Shown: positions 18,561 to 29,234, counted from the whole stretch's first letter. The stretch: 63,869 nt of DNA, filler included, from an uncultured bacterium (GCA_965372715.1; 9 parts of 6 records of this genome joined end to end with filler, not necessarily neighbours in it), one strand, 5' to 3'. Program-made: numbers and translations. Notes: generated from the letters alone by a model not told the origin.

Positions 18561-18826
18561 GGAGTTTCCCCACGCGGGGAAACGGGACAAAAGGGAAAAA
18601 GGGAGAAATGGGGAATCCACGTTCGTTGGCCGCGCGGCAAACAACGGTGGACAAGAAGGCGAAGGGCGACCCGAGTCTGGATCCATGGCCGAGGTTCGCC
18701 GCGCCAGATGGCAGTGTGGGGCAAGCCGAAAACTCCGATTGAAGGCGAGCTCCCTTGGGGTGCGAGCCGAGGACCCGCCGCCCACTCACACTTCTATGAG
18801 GCGAGCTCCCTTCGGGTGTGAGCCGA
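18561..18826. repeat. Mosaic of intergenic repeats
   Basis: GGAGTTTCCCCA..GGGGAAAC plus a purine tract (also 31809-31852); segment 18613-18654 similar to the reverse complement of about 59225-59267; two near-identical 28-bp units AGGCGAGCTCCCTT(G/C)GGGTG(C/T)GAGCCGA. Confidence 0.65.
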
Positions 18827-18852
18827 CAGCTTTCACTCCTGGGTAAAAACAG

Positions 18853-20094
18853 TTACGGGAGCGGAGGCTCTCCGCCGCTGTCGGCGAAGATTGGCTCGTA
18901 GTATTGCTCGACGATCGTGCTCCATTGGTATTTCTTGAGCACTTTCGCTCGGCCAGCTTTGCCCATCCGGTCGCAGAGAGCGGGATTCTCGATGAGCTTC
19001 TTGAGTCTGTCCCGCAGCGCCAATGAATCGAACGGCTCAACCACGAAGCCATCAACTCCATCATCGACGATGTGCTGGAGTCCGCCCACACGAGTGACTA
19101 CTACGGGCTTCTGGCAGGCCATTGCCTCGAGCGCGACGATCCCGAATGGCTCCGGCCAGACCGATGGCACGACGCATATATCCACGGTTGTGTAGAGCTC
19201 GGCAAGCGCCTTCTGGTCTAGCCATCCCGTGAACTTAACGAAACCCTCTGCCCGGGCTGGCGCATCCGTTACAAACAGCTCGAAATTCAGACCGTCTTGC
19301 GCCAGTGGGGCAAGGGCTTTGAACAGAACTTCATAGCCTTTGAGCGGGTCGTACGTTCGACCGCACATCAGGAGTCTGCTAGGACGCCGTCCGCGCTCCA
19401 GGGTCGAGGGTGAGAAATTCGAGGCGTCGATACCGGACGGGGTTATGCGTATGTTGGGGTTCATTGGCCGTAGCTTGCTGGCAATGTATTCGTTGTAGCA
19501 GATGATTGTATCGACGGAAGTGATTGCGCGACGGACGAGGTGAGGGTAGTGCGGCAGAAAGGCCAGCGCCCTCATGAAGGAGACCTTGAAGTGAGGGTCC
19601 TTGGGATGCTCAAACAGCCATCTGTGAGCGCACAGCACGCAAGGGAGGAAATCCTTCCACCCATTGAGCCAGTTGCGGTTGCACGGTCGCATCGTGTTGT
19701 CGATAAAATGCCCGTGAGACTTGGGGCAGAGCGTCTCGTGTGCGTAGAATCGCAGTATCCTCTTGTAGCCTTCCAGGGCGACGACGACATAGGGCTTGAA
19801 GTGCCAACCATCACCGATGAACACATAGTCCGGATTGAATTCATCGACAGCGGCCCTGAAGCGCCGGGGCAGTGTGAAGGCCTGGAACTCGAAATCTCTG
19901 AAGGGGACCTTCTGGACCGCGACCCCCGGCTCCTCGCTGATATTGCCTCTCGGACAACCCAGCCGGAAATCAGGGCAAAAGAGCAATACCTGATGGTTCC
20001 GCGAGAGGCCTGACGCCACGTGCTGTATGTCCGTTCTGGCGCCTCCATCAGGCGGCCAGTTGAATAGAAGATCAATTATCGCGATTTTGGCCAT
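18853..20094 (-). CDS. Glycosyltransferase family 4
   Basis: DGGART, KGYEVL, PSVWPEPFGIVALEAMACQKPVV. Confidence 0.93.
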   Translation of the reverse strand: MAKIAIIDLLFNWPPDGGARTDIQHVASGLSRNHQVLLFCPDFRLGCPRGNISEEPGVAVQKVPFRDFEFQAFTLPRRFRAAVDEFNPDYVFIGDGWHFKPYVVVALEGYKRILRFYAHETLCPKSHGHFIDNTMRPCNRNWLNGWKDFLPCVLCAHRWLFEHPKDPHFKVSFMRALAFLPHYPHLVRRAITSVDTIICYNEYIASKLRPMNPNIRITPSGIDASNFSPSTLERGRRPSRLLMCGRTYDPLKGYEVLFKALAPLAQDGLNFELFVTDAPARAEGFVKFTGWLDQKALAELYTTVDICVVPSVWPEPFGIVALEAMACQKPVVVTRVGGLQHIVDDGVDGFVVEPFDSLALRDRLKKLIENPALCDRMGKAGRAKVLKKYQWSTIVEQYYEPIFADSGGEPPLP

Positions 20095-20146
20095 TTGCTA
20101 CGAAGAGGGGAGAAAAGGAAAAAAGGAGAAACGGAAAAGGGATGAT

Positions 20147-20219
20147 GTAGGGGCGGTGCTTGCCCCGCCCTGTGTGCATTTGACGAATTGAAGCAGGATG
20201 CGGCAAGCGGCACCCCTAC
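20147..20219. repeat. Inverted REP doublet (REPIN-like)
   Basis: GTAGGGGCGGTGCTTGCCCCGCCCT ... AGGATGCGGCAAGCGGCACCCCTAC. Confidence 0.8.
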
Positions 20220-20236
20220 GACCTTTGGACTTTGGA

Positions 20237-21908
20237 CTAACTACTGAATACATCAAATACCCCACCGATATGGCGGAAGAGCTCGAACTTCCAAAGCTCC
20301 TTGTTACCGATGGGCAAGTCGATCTTTTTGGGCCGAACGTCGAGGTCCTTTTGGAAGATTGCCGACCGAATCAGCCCCAATTGGCCAAGGATCAGCGATG
20401 TAAATGCGACGTATCGCAGGGATTCGTCAGCATCCATCCTCTGGTAGGCGGTCAGCTCGCGCCATATCTGTCGCAGCGTCAATCTACCGTCGCACGAATC
20501 GAAGAACGCCTTCACGAACTTCAGATACTCGGCGTGCCTTATCCTGTGTTCCATTGTCGTCTGATGCTCGTGGTAGAACTCGTAATTCGTCCCACCCGTT
20601 GCGTTGACGCATATCCAGTAATCGACTGGCCTGAGCTTCTCGATGTTTCTTATCGGGACGTCGTCCAGCAAGGAATCCGGAACGAAGTTGATCTTGTGGT
20701 GGTAGTAATCGGCCCAATCCTTGGCGAGGACTATCCCGAGGCGAGGCGCCATGTCATAGAGTTTTGTGCCTGGATGAGCGGTGCAGAACTGGCCCACGTA
20801 AACGGGATACGCTAACGGATGAAAATGCTCGGCCCACGGGAGGCCTTCATGTATCTTGTCGATGAACTTGGCCTGTAGGTAGTAGCCCGCTAGCGTCTCA
20901 CCGGGGTTGAACGCCATGTATGTGAACATAGGATACATCCCGACCTGCGCCTGAACTCTCGCGCACGTCATGATGTCCTCAAGCGACTCCTGTTTGTCTA
21001 TCATCTCGAACGTCTCGGGATTCGCGCTCTCGATGCCTATCTCCATCCCGATGCAGCCTGAGTCCTTGGCCAGCTGCATCAGATCAGCGTTCTTGACCAG
21101 GTGCGATGCTCGTGTTAGGCCCACCCAATTTATCCTCAGTCCTCGGCGGATTATCTCCTCGCACAATGGCTTGATGTAGTCGCGAACCATGAACAGGTTG
21201 TCGTCCCAGAAGTGTATCTGGTGGATGCCGAGCTGCTTGCCGATAGTCTCTATCTCATCGACGACCTTGACCGGGTCACGATACCTAACCTTGCGCCGCC
21301 ACAGAAATGGCGAGGTGCAATAGACGCAGTTGTAGGGGCAGCCGCGAGAACCGATGACCGGCACGCGCTTCCCGCCCGTTACGTGCATCTGGGTGGTGTA
21401 GCAATCGAGCTTCAGAAGGTCCCATGCCGGGAACGGCAACTCGTCGAGGTCCTGAATAAAGCCGTCATCCGGCCATGATTTGAAGTCCTCATCAGGGCTT
21501 GGGCGATAGCCAAATCCAGGGATGCCATCGAGCTTCTGGCCGGCCATCAGCCGCTTGACGAGCTCGCAAAACGACCGTTCACCCTCGCGGATTATGACGT
21601 AATCGGCGTGCTTGGAGGCCTCATCTGGAATGATCGTGGGGTGAACGCCGCCGAATACTATCTTGGCGTTGGGACAGAGCTTTTTGAGCGCCGGACTCAA
21701 AGCATACGCAAACGTGGCCTGCGCGGTCCAAAACGTTATCCCGATTACGTCCCGCCTCTTTAGCCAGGCGCGACGACAGAGCTCGTCGTAGGTGAGGTTC
21801 TCGGCCTGGGCGTCGAGTATCTCTACGTCAAGGCCAGAAATCTGCTCCCGCAGATAGGCCGCGATGTAAAGAAGCGACAGCGGCATGACACGCTTGTGTC
21901 GCTCGTTG
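20237..21908 (-). CDS. B12-binding domain radical SAM protein (5' end in gap)
   Basis: MPLSLLYIAAYL, GGVHPT, GSRGCPYNCVYC, WDDNL, GIES; frame stays open to the linker. Confidence 0.92.
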
Positions 21909-22008
21909 NNNNNNNNNNNNNNNNNNNNNNNNNNNNNNNNNNNNNNNNNNNNTTAATTAATTAANNNNNNNNNNNNNNNNNNNNNNNNNNNNNNNNNNNN
22001 NNNNNNNN

Positions 22009-24314
22009 GGAACCTGGCCACCGCCCAAAACGACCGGCCCGTCAATGTCGCCGGCGGAAGGCCACCGACCTGTTTTGCCGTAGATGTCGTCGAACTCGAA
22101 GTAATACGTGTGATCGGCCTCGGTCAGGAAAGTCTCATACTTGTAGAGCCCATTGTTGGCTGTGCCCGACGCGAGCCACATCTGATAGGGGACGTTATCT
22201 ATGAAGAGGTAGGGATTCCCCGGGGCATCACCGTCGGCGTCATAGTAAGACACCGAATACGTGAAGAGCGTGATGCGCGAACCCGTAGATGGCGAAACGC
22301 TCCCGTTCGTAAGCTCCGGCGCGGCGTTATACTGTTCGCCTACTCTGACGTTCTCGTATGTCCCGCCTCGAGCTGGAAGCCTGGCCGTGCCCCCGTTGCC
22401 GTCCTTGAAGTAGTAGTAATAGCGATGAATGCCGGGGCCAAGCGGCACATTCGCCTCGTAATAGCAATCAGAGCGCTTATCCACGGCGGGATCGCCGAGC
22501 ATGAGCATCGGGTAAGGGACCTCATCAATCACGACCCGGCCTTCATACGGGCCGTTATCTCCGTCCCACATCCCGTTGCAGTTGTCGTCGTCGAAGCGCT
22601 CGGACTCCCACCGTCCATTGCCGTTAAGGTCGATGAATGAATCCCCATCCTTGGGGTTATACGGGGTGTATTGGGATGACCACCAGTCTGTTGGGTCTGG
22701 CCACGGGTCGGAGCCCGGATCGGCATACCACGTGTCGTCGGAGCAATGGTCGCCCATATCGTTCCAGGACTCATACTCAATCATGCCATTGTTGGCAATC
22801 AGGTCGCCCTTGTAATCCCTCTGCAAGCTGCCGTCTGCCCAGTTGCCGCCATTGTCATCTGAGGCCAGAAACGGCTCGAAATCCTGCGTACCATCGACAT
22901 AGAAACCGGCCTCATTCGAGTCAAAGTAGTGTAAAGTGAACGTAAACACCGTGCCCGGAGGGCCCGAAAGCGGCGCAACCGAGGGCTCGGTAAGCTCCGG
23001 CGGAGTGTTGAAGAACCCAAGTGGTGAGGCCGTTATGATCGACCAATCCTGAAAGTTCTCCATCGCCGCGTGAGGCTTGCTGCCGTGCGACCACCACCAT
23101 GTGTTATGCGCAATGACTTGATGGGAACCGGCTGAATAGTTGTAGCCTACGCCCAAGACCGCGTGTGTGTTCCAGCCGTTGCCAGAATAGTCGGAGCTTA
23201 TGCCAAAATAGACAGGATGATTCTTGTTAATCTCCTGCTGAAGCGTGCTGATAATCGCGGGGGAAACGCCGAGGCCCCAATAGTCCAGGTGGTCGGTAAC
23301 GAAGGTATAGCCGTAAAACTTGCCCGTCTCCTCTATCGTCCTCTCAGCGACCGGCCTTGATATCCCGTATTTCATCAGAATGCAGCCATCATAGCCCGGG
23401 CCGCCTAGCTCTTCTCGACCAAACTCGCTGTCGGCTATGTTCTGTCCAAACTCAACGATCTTGTCGTGAAGCTCCTGAATCGTGAACGGCGCTGACCCGC
23501 ACCAATTGAAGCTCATTGGACCACCGAGCCACAAGTTCCTGAACCCCCACGCGTTGCCATAATAGCCTAACATCATCGCCATCGAGGTCGGACCGCAGCC
23601 CCTATACCAGGTGAATTCGTAGTCGTGCGCCTCTGCGTTGATGATCTTAGCAACGAGGATGTCAGAGCCTTGCTTGACCGCGGGTGGCCCGTTTGATGAT
23701 AGAACGTGTTGACGCCAGAAGCCCTTGACCCGGTCTTGCCTCTCCATGGACACGCTAGTGTATCTGTTCAGATGCTCGACCACTTCGGCCTTGGGGCAAA
23801 CCTCAAAGCTGCCCAGATGGACCACGATACCATCGGCGACGGCGCGATTCGTGGCGTTCTTAGGTTTGATCTTCACCAGATAGTCGAATGGCGGTGCGAA
23901 AACGTATTGAATGTCTTCCGGCTCGTAGCCCATGTCCCAGACTGTGTCCAGTGACCTTTCAAGCCCCCAAGACGGGCGCAATCCTCCCGAATACTCGAAA
24001 AACGGGTGGAAGTCGTCCCTGGCGCTGACGGTCATACATCCCAGATAGACGTTCTCCCGCTTCACTGAATAGACATAGGCCATCGGGACGCCATCCATGT
24101 CGTAATAAGTTACGGGATCGGTGAAGTCCGCATCCCTCCACTCAGGAAACGAACCAGATGCGACAGCTCTACAATACTCAAGCGATTTCTCGAGCTTCTC
24201 GGGCGTCAGAACAGCCCCAAATGAGAAGCTTGCTGAAACAACTAGCACCAAAGCCGCAAAGACAAACAGATGAAACAACGACCTTGTCCCAGAATTCCTC
24301 GCTAGGTTGGCCAT
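22009..24314 (-). CDS. Secreted papain-like (C10/C39-type) cysteine protease with prodomain and Ig-like repeats (3' end in gap)
   Basis: Signal peptide; GCGPTSMAM (Cys), THAVLGVGY (His), IAHNTW (Asn); two repeats N..PELT..SV.P..G...T.FT; GGAGG RBS. Confidence 0.75.
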
Positions 24315-24444
24315 TTAAGCTTCCTCCCTACAATATCTAGTGGTTCTAGCATTATAATCAGACGAGTATATATAATATAACGAGGCGCCGACCCCGTTGT
24401 CAAGCGAATCAGGCCGAGGAGTTTCCCACACCGGGGAAGGCCGT

Positions 24445-24843
24445 CTAAAACCTTCCGTTGAAGTAATCCTCGAGTATTTGCCGGTGATCGAAAGCGATTT
24501 CGTCCGGCAAGTTGTCCTTAGTGAACACTTCCGCTCTGACAGCGTCGTCGGCGCCTCTCGGTGTGCCCCTTGCTGTTGCGATAAAGACGGTCGAGACCGA
24601 ATGATGTCTATTGTCTCGGCCCGGATCGGAATAAGTGTGAAACTGCCGCATCAGCTTGACGTCGAGCGAGGTCTCCTCCCTCGCCTCTCGCACCGCGCAT
24701 CGCTCCAGGCTTTCCCCATAATCGACGTAGCCCCCGGGGATCGCCCACCCCAGCGGCGGGTTCTTGCGCTCGATTAGGACAACGCCCCCGCCTTCAAGCT
24801 CGATGATAATGTCAACCGTTGGTATCGGGTTGCGATACTTCAT
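24445..24843 (-). CDS. NUDIX hydrolase
   Basis: [25 protein letters not shown] Nudix box; AFDH. Confidence 0.93.
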   Translation of the reverse strand: MKYRNPIPTVDIIIELEGGGVVLIERKNPPLGWAIPGGYVDYGESLERCAVREAREETSLDVKLMRQFHTYSDPGRDNRHHSVSTVFIATARGTPRGADDAVRAEVFTKDNLPDEIAFDHRQILEDYFNGRF

Positions 24844-24957
24844 TTATCGATTGACCGCCTCCTCCAAAGCCCTCAAGTGCTCGGCTATTGGAACAGGAAT
24901 CCTGCTCGGTCCGTTGTTGCTCTTGTCCTTACTCACTGTTCCGACCCAGTTTCTAAA

Positions 24958-25069
24958 CAGGCTGTGTCATGATTGGTTTCTGCATGTGACAACCGCGCCT
25001 CGTGCGGGATCAGGGCGTAGTAGGGGCGGTGCTTGCCCCGCCCTTGTCTGACGCGACCGAACGTATGAA
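24958..25069 (+). mobile_element. Left part of a REP-carrying MITE (degenerate TIR, REP, conserved linker), cut by a gap
   Basis: CAGGCTGTGTCATGATTGG TIR variant; REP 25020-25044; linker GCGACCGAACGTATGAA also near 34782-34799. Confidence 0.6.
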
Positions 25070-25275
25070 NNNNNNNNNNNNNNNNNNNNNNNNNNNNNNN
25101 NNNNNNNNNNNNNTTAATTAATTAANNNNNNNNNNNNNNNNNNNNNNNNNNNNNNNNNNNNNNNNNNNNACTCATAACAGAAAGCGAAAATAGCATCAAG
25201 TGAAATGTGTTACACTACACTAGGTTGTGGCTGCTTGTTTGGCTTTCTGTCGCTGACGTTCACGGAGAAGGAACA

Positions 25276-26439
25276 TTGAAGTCTGGATCGAGCCGGCTGA
25301 ACCTGCTTCAGCCCTACCTGTTTGCGCGGCTTGACACCAAGAAAGCCCAGGCGGTCAATTCGGGAGTTGATGTCATCGATTTCGGCGTCGGGGACCCTGA
25401 TCTGCCAAGCCCCAGCGAGGCGGTTGAGGCGCTTTGCGAGGCGGCCCGTCGGGGCAAGTATCATCGGTATCCGCCATATCGTGGGACACGCGAGTTTCGC
25501 GAGGCGTGCGCGGACTGGCTCAGAAGGAGGCACGGTGTAAATGCCGACCCGGAGACAGAGATACTTGCGCTGATCGGCTCCAAAGAGGGGCTCGCGCACC
25601 TTTGCCTCGCCATCGTTAGCCCAGGCGACGTCGTGCTGTGTCCTGATCCCGCGTATCCGGCGTATTGCGCGGCAGCGATTCTTGGGGGCGGCGAGCCGTT
25701 CAAAGTTCGATTGTTCGAGCATCTTAGGTATTTGCCCGACCTCGGGGCCATTCCACAGCGCACCGCCGAGCGTGCAAGCCTCATGTTCCTGAACTACCCA
25801 AACAACCCGACGGGCGCCTGCGCCAGCGGGGCTTTTTTTAATGATGTCGCCGGTTTTGCGAGGGCGAATGACCTAATAATATGTCACGACGCGGCATACA
25901 TCGATACCGTATTAGATGAGCCTGCGCAGCCCTGCATGCTCGCAACCTGCGAAGACAAGTCCAACGTAATCGAGCTGTTCTCATTCTCTAAGACGTTCAA
26001 CATGACAGGATGGCGAATAGCGTTCGCGGCAGGGCACAGGGAGCTGATCGCGGCCCTGGGCAAGGTCAAGAGCAACCTGGACTCGGGCGCGTTCGTCCCG
26101 ATTCAGATGGCAGCTATTGAGGCGATGAGAAGCTGCGAGCAGTTTCCGGCCAGGACCTGCGCGGTCTATCGGGAGCGTCGGGACATACTCATGCCAGCGC
26201 TGAACAAGATTGGGATAGAGGCCCAGACGGCTCGAGCGACATTCTACGTTTGGGGCAAGATACCAGGTGATTTGGGGTCTGCGGCGTTTGCTGAACAGCT
26301 TCTCTCACGATGCGGGATACTGGCGGCCCCTGGCGCGGCCTTCGGCAGGCACGGCGAGGGCTACATCCGCTTCTCGCTCACGCTGCCGACCGAACGCGTT
26401 GAGGAGGGGGCCAAAAGGCTTTCAAGCACACGTTTCTGA
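25276..26439 (+). CDS. Class I/II PLP aminotransferase (LL-diaminopimelate aminotransferase-like)
   Basis: DFGVGDPD, LIGSKEGLAH, LNYPNNPTGA, HDAAY, SFSKTFNMTGWR; TTG start after GGAGAAGG. Confidence 0.9.
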   Translation: MKSGSSRLNLLQPYLFARLDTKKAQAVNSGVDVIDFGVGDPDLPSPSEAVEALCEAARRGKYHRYPPYRGTREFREACADWLRRRHGVNADPETEILALIGSKEGLAHLCLAIVSPGDVVLCPDPAYPAYCAAAILGGGEPFKVRLFEHLRYLPDLGAIPQRTAERASLMFLNYPNNPTGACASGAFFNDVAGFARANDLIICHDAAYIDTVLDEPAQPCMLATCEDKSNVIELFSFSKTFNMTGWRIAFAAGHRELIAALGKVKSNLDSGAFVPIQMAAIEAMRSCEQFPARTCAVYRERRDILMPALNKIGIEAQTARATFYVWGKIPGDLGSAAFAEQLLSRCGILAAPGAAFGRHGEGYIRFSLTLPTERVEEGAKRLSSTRF

Positions 26440-26449
26440 GGAGGGCATA

Positions 26450-28684
26450 ATGGAGCCCAAAAGCATAATGATAATCGGCGCGGGCACTCTTCAGCTGCCC
26501 GCGATTCAGATCGCGAAGGAGATGGGCCTGATCACGATGGTCACGGACATGGACCCGCGGGCGATTGGGATGAGATACGCCGACATCCCGATAACAATAA
26601 GCACCCGTGACATCGAGGGCACGGTCCGCGCTGCCAGGAGTTACGCCACACATCGCAAGATCGACGGCGTTATCACGACCGGGACGGACGCCTCGAGAAC
26701 CGTCGCAGCCGTGGCCAATGCGCTTGGCCTTCCGGGCAATAAGTTCGAGGACGCTGAGGCATCGACCAATAAGATCAAGATGCGGCGGCGTTTTGCGGAA
26801 CACAACGTTCCGTCGCCGAATTTCCGGGGCGTATGGACGCTTCAAGAAGCGTATCGAGCTACGGAGGAGCTCGGTTCGTGGCCGCTGGTCATGAAGCCCT
26901 CCGACAACATGGGCGCACGGGGCGTCATGCGCATCGATTCAAAGGAGAGCATCCCGGAGGCTTTTCACCGGGCCAAGGAGGCCTCCCCCTCGGGCGAGCT
27001 GATCATTGAGGAGTTCATGGACGGTCCTGAGCTCTCAATCGACGCCCTTATCTGGGACGGCGGCGTGACATTCGTGGGCATCGCCGACAGGATCATAGGG
27101 TTTCCGCCATTTTTCGTCGAAATCGGCCACACAATGCCGAGCGTGTTGCCTCAGGACACGCTCGACGAGGCCCGCGACGTGATGCTGCGGGGAATAAAGG
27201 CGCTTGGGCTAACGATAGGCGCCGCAAAAGGCGACGTCAAATTGACATCAAGCGGCGTCATGATTGGCGAGCTCGCGTCGAGGCTCTCTGGCGGCTTCAT
27301 GTCGAGCCACACGTTTCCACTGTCCTCAGGCGTCAGCAGCATCAAGGCGGCGCTTGAGATCGCCCTGGGGATGCCTCCGACTGACATCGAGCCGAAGTTC
27401 AGCAAAGTTGCCGCGGAGCGCGCGGTATTCTGCGAGCCGGGGCAGGTCCGAAGGATAACCGGTATCGATGCCGCCCAAAAGGCGAACGGCGTCACGGACA
27501 TGATCGTCCAGATTCGACCTGGCGACTACGTGCATCCACCCACATGCAACCTGGATAAGCCAATGAACATTATCACCGTTGCCGATACTCGCGACGAGGC
27601 CGTGCGCCTCAACGACCTCGCGCGCGAGATGATCTCAATTGAAGTCGGTAAGCCCGTCAGGTTGACGCACAAGATACTACGCGACAACGCAAGAAAGCTC
27701 TTTGGGCTGGTGTGCAGAGCATGTGACGTCTGCGACGGTACAGACTGCCCAGCGGGAGTGCCCGGAATGGGGGCCGTCGGCACCGGCGCCTCGTTCAAAG
27801 CGAACATCGAATCGCTGAAGGAATACAAGATCAACGTCCGGTCGATCCACAACGTCAAGAGGGCCGACACCTCCTGCGAACTCTTCGGGACCGCTCTTTC
27901 CTGCCCTGTTCTTGCAGCCCCGATTACCGGCACGAACCTCAATATGGGAGGCGCACTGACGGAGGAGGAATATACAAGGATTATAGTCAGCGGCTGCAAA
28001 AAGGCCGGCACGATTGGCATGGTCGGCGATGGCGCCTTGCCGGAAATGTATCATGCGGGCCTGTCAGCGATCGCAGAATGTGGCGGCTTCGGCATCCCAA
28101 TCTTCAAGCCTCGCGTTGACTTCGACGCCATCAAGGAGCGGGTTGAGGCGGCGGAGCGAGTGAGCTGCATCGCGGTCGGAATGGACGTTGACGCCGCTGC
28201 TTTCCTGACGATGGACTTGATGCAGCAGCCTGTGGAAACGAAGTCGGTCGAGCAGCTGAAGGAGATCATCAAGGTGACGGACCTGCCGTTCATCGTCAAG
28301 GGCGTCATGACGGTCTGGGATGCGGTGGCAGCGGTTGAGGCGGGCGCAGCTGCCATTATCGTGTCTAATCACGGCGGCCGAGTGCTCGACAACATGCCAG
28401 GGGCGCTTCACGTTCTGCCCGACATCGCGTCGGTCGTCAGGAAGAAGATCGTTGTCCTCGTTGACGGCGGGATAAGATCAGGCGCGGACGCGCTCAAGTG
28501 CATCGCGCTCGGCGCCGACGCCGTCCTAATCGGCCGACCAATCTGTGTGGCAGCGTTTGGAGCAGGGATAGAGGGCGTCGAGTTCTACATGAACGACATC
28601 AGAAAGGAGCTCGAGAACTCGATGATCCTTACCGGCTGTTCCAGCATCGAGGAGATAACTCCCGATGTGGTCAAGAAAGTCTGA
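26450..28684 (+). CDS. Fusion of an ATP-grasp domain and an FMN-dependent alpha-hydroxy-acid dehydrogenase domain
   Basis: N-half: IIGAGTLQ, NKIKMR, KPSDNMGARGV, EEFMDGPELS, ELASRLSGG. C-half: CRACDVCDGTDC, APITG, KGVMT, SNHGGR, DGGIRSGAD, GRP. One open frame; GAGGAGG RBS. Confidence 0.88.
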   Translation: MEPKSIMIIGAGTLQLPAIQIAKEMGLITMVTDMDPRAIGMRYADIPITISTRDIEGTVRAARSYATHRKIDGVITTGTDASRTVAAVANALGLPGNKFEDAEASTNKIKMRRRFAEHNVPSPNFRGVWTLQEAYRATEELGSWPLVMKPSDNMGARGVMRIDSKESIPEAFHRAKEASPSGELIIEEFMDGPELSIDALIWDGGVTFVGIADRIIGFPPFFVEIGHTMPSVLPQDTLDEARDVMLRGIKALGLTIGAAKGDVKLTSSGVMIGELASRLSGGFMSSHTFPLSSGVSSIKAALEIALGMPPTDIEPKFSKVAAERAVFCEPGQVRRITGIDAAQKANGVTDMIVQIRPGDYVHPPTCNLDKPMNIITVADTRDEAVRLNDLAREMISIEVGKPVRLTHKILRDNARKLFGLVCRACDVCDGTDCPAGVPGMGAVGTGASFKANIESLKEYKINVRSIHNVKRADTSCELFGTALSCPVLAAPITGTNLNMGGALTEEEYTRIIVSGCKKAGTIGMVGDGALPEMYHAGLSAIAECGGFGIPIFKPRVDFDAIKERVEAAERVSCIAVGMDVDAAAFLTMDLMQQPVETKSVEQLKEIIKVTDLPFIVKGVMTVWDAVAAVEAGAAAIIVSNHGGRVLDNMPGALHVLPDIASVVRKKIVVLVDGGIRSGADALKCIALGADAVLIGRPICVAAFGAGIEGVEFYMNDIRKELENSMILTGCSSIEEITPDVVKKV

Positions 28685-28760
28685 GATCACGGGACAGGCA
28701 TTGGGGATTGCTATCAAGACGCGCTCAAAAAGTGTGAGTGATAACCACATCGAGATTTCT

Positions 28761-28847
28761 GTAGGGGTTCGCCGCGCGGCGAATGTCTGCCCGATTTCTG
28801 ATACCTTGAAGGCACGTCAAATGGGCGGAGACAAGCTCCGCCGTTAC
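28761..28847. repeat. Degenerate REP doublet
   Basis: GTAGGGGTTCGCCGCGCGGCGAA ... GGGCGGAGACAAGCTCCGCCGTTAC. Confidence 0.6.
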
Positions 28848-28913
28848 AGGATGACGATGCCCTTGCACAGGTGGAATGCGAGGCCCGCCCGCTGTAATCG
28901 ATAACAGCCATCA

Positions 28914-29059
28914 AGCTGGATCAGTTCTTGACCCAGCGCCGCAGCCGGAACAGGTGGGTCAATTCTTGACCCACCCCAAGAGATGTGGCTAATAGACGTG
29001 GATTAGGCCCAAGCCGAGCGTGCTCCACACCTACAGGTGGGTCAATTCTTGACCCACCC
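28914..29059. repeat. Three copies of the palindrome GGTGGGTCAATTCTTGACCCACC
   Basis: Identical 26-mers at 28951-28976 and 29034-29059; degenerate copy at 28914-28937. Confidence 0.8.
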
Positions 29060-29234
29060 TGGCTATGTCGGGTTTTGGCTGACTCCTTGTGCAGCTTTTC
29101 GGAGAGGCAGCAATATAGGTGCATTTGCGCTGCTACGTGCAAAACAGATCACAATTTGGCATGGAATCCGCTTAAACAAATGCAGATAATACTTGTTTTC
29201 AACCATTCTTGTCATCTCAAAGGAGACCTAAGAC

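Noticed and set aside
18743-18826. Two 28-bp direct repeats with a ~28-nt spacer, CRISPR-like geometry
   Set aside because: Only two imperfect units within a repeat mosaic and no cas genes; treated as a dispersed repeat.
26267-26449. N-terminal extensions in the ORF track (26267, 25207, 56556, 11189, 63445)
   Set aside because: Better starts with RBS and homology onset lie at 26450, 25276, 56508, 11132 and 63388.
28914-29059. Possible mini CRISPR array
   Set aside because: Only two exact repeats, irregular spacing (about 13 and 57 nt), no cas genes and no leader.
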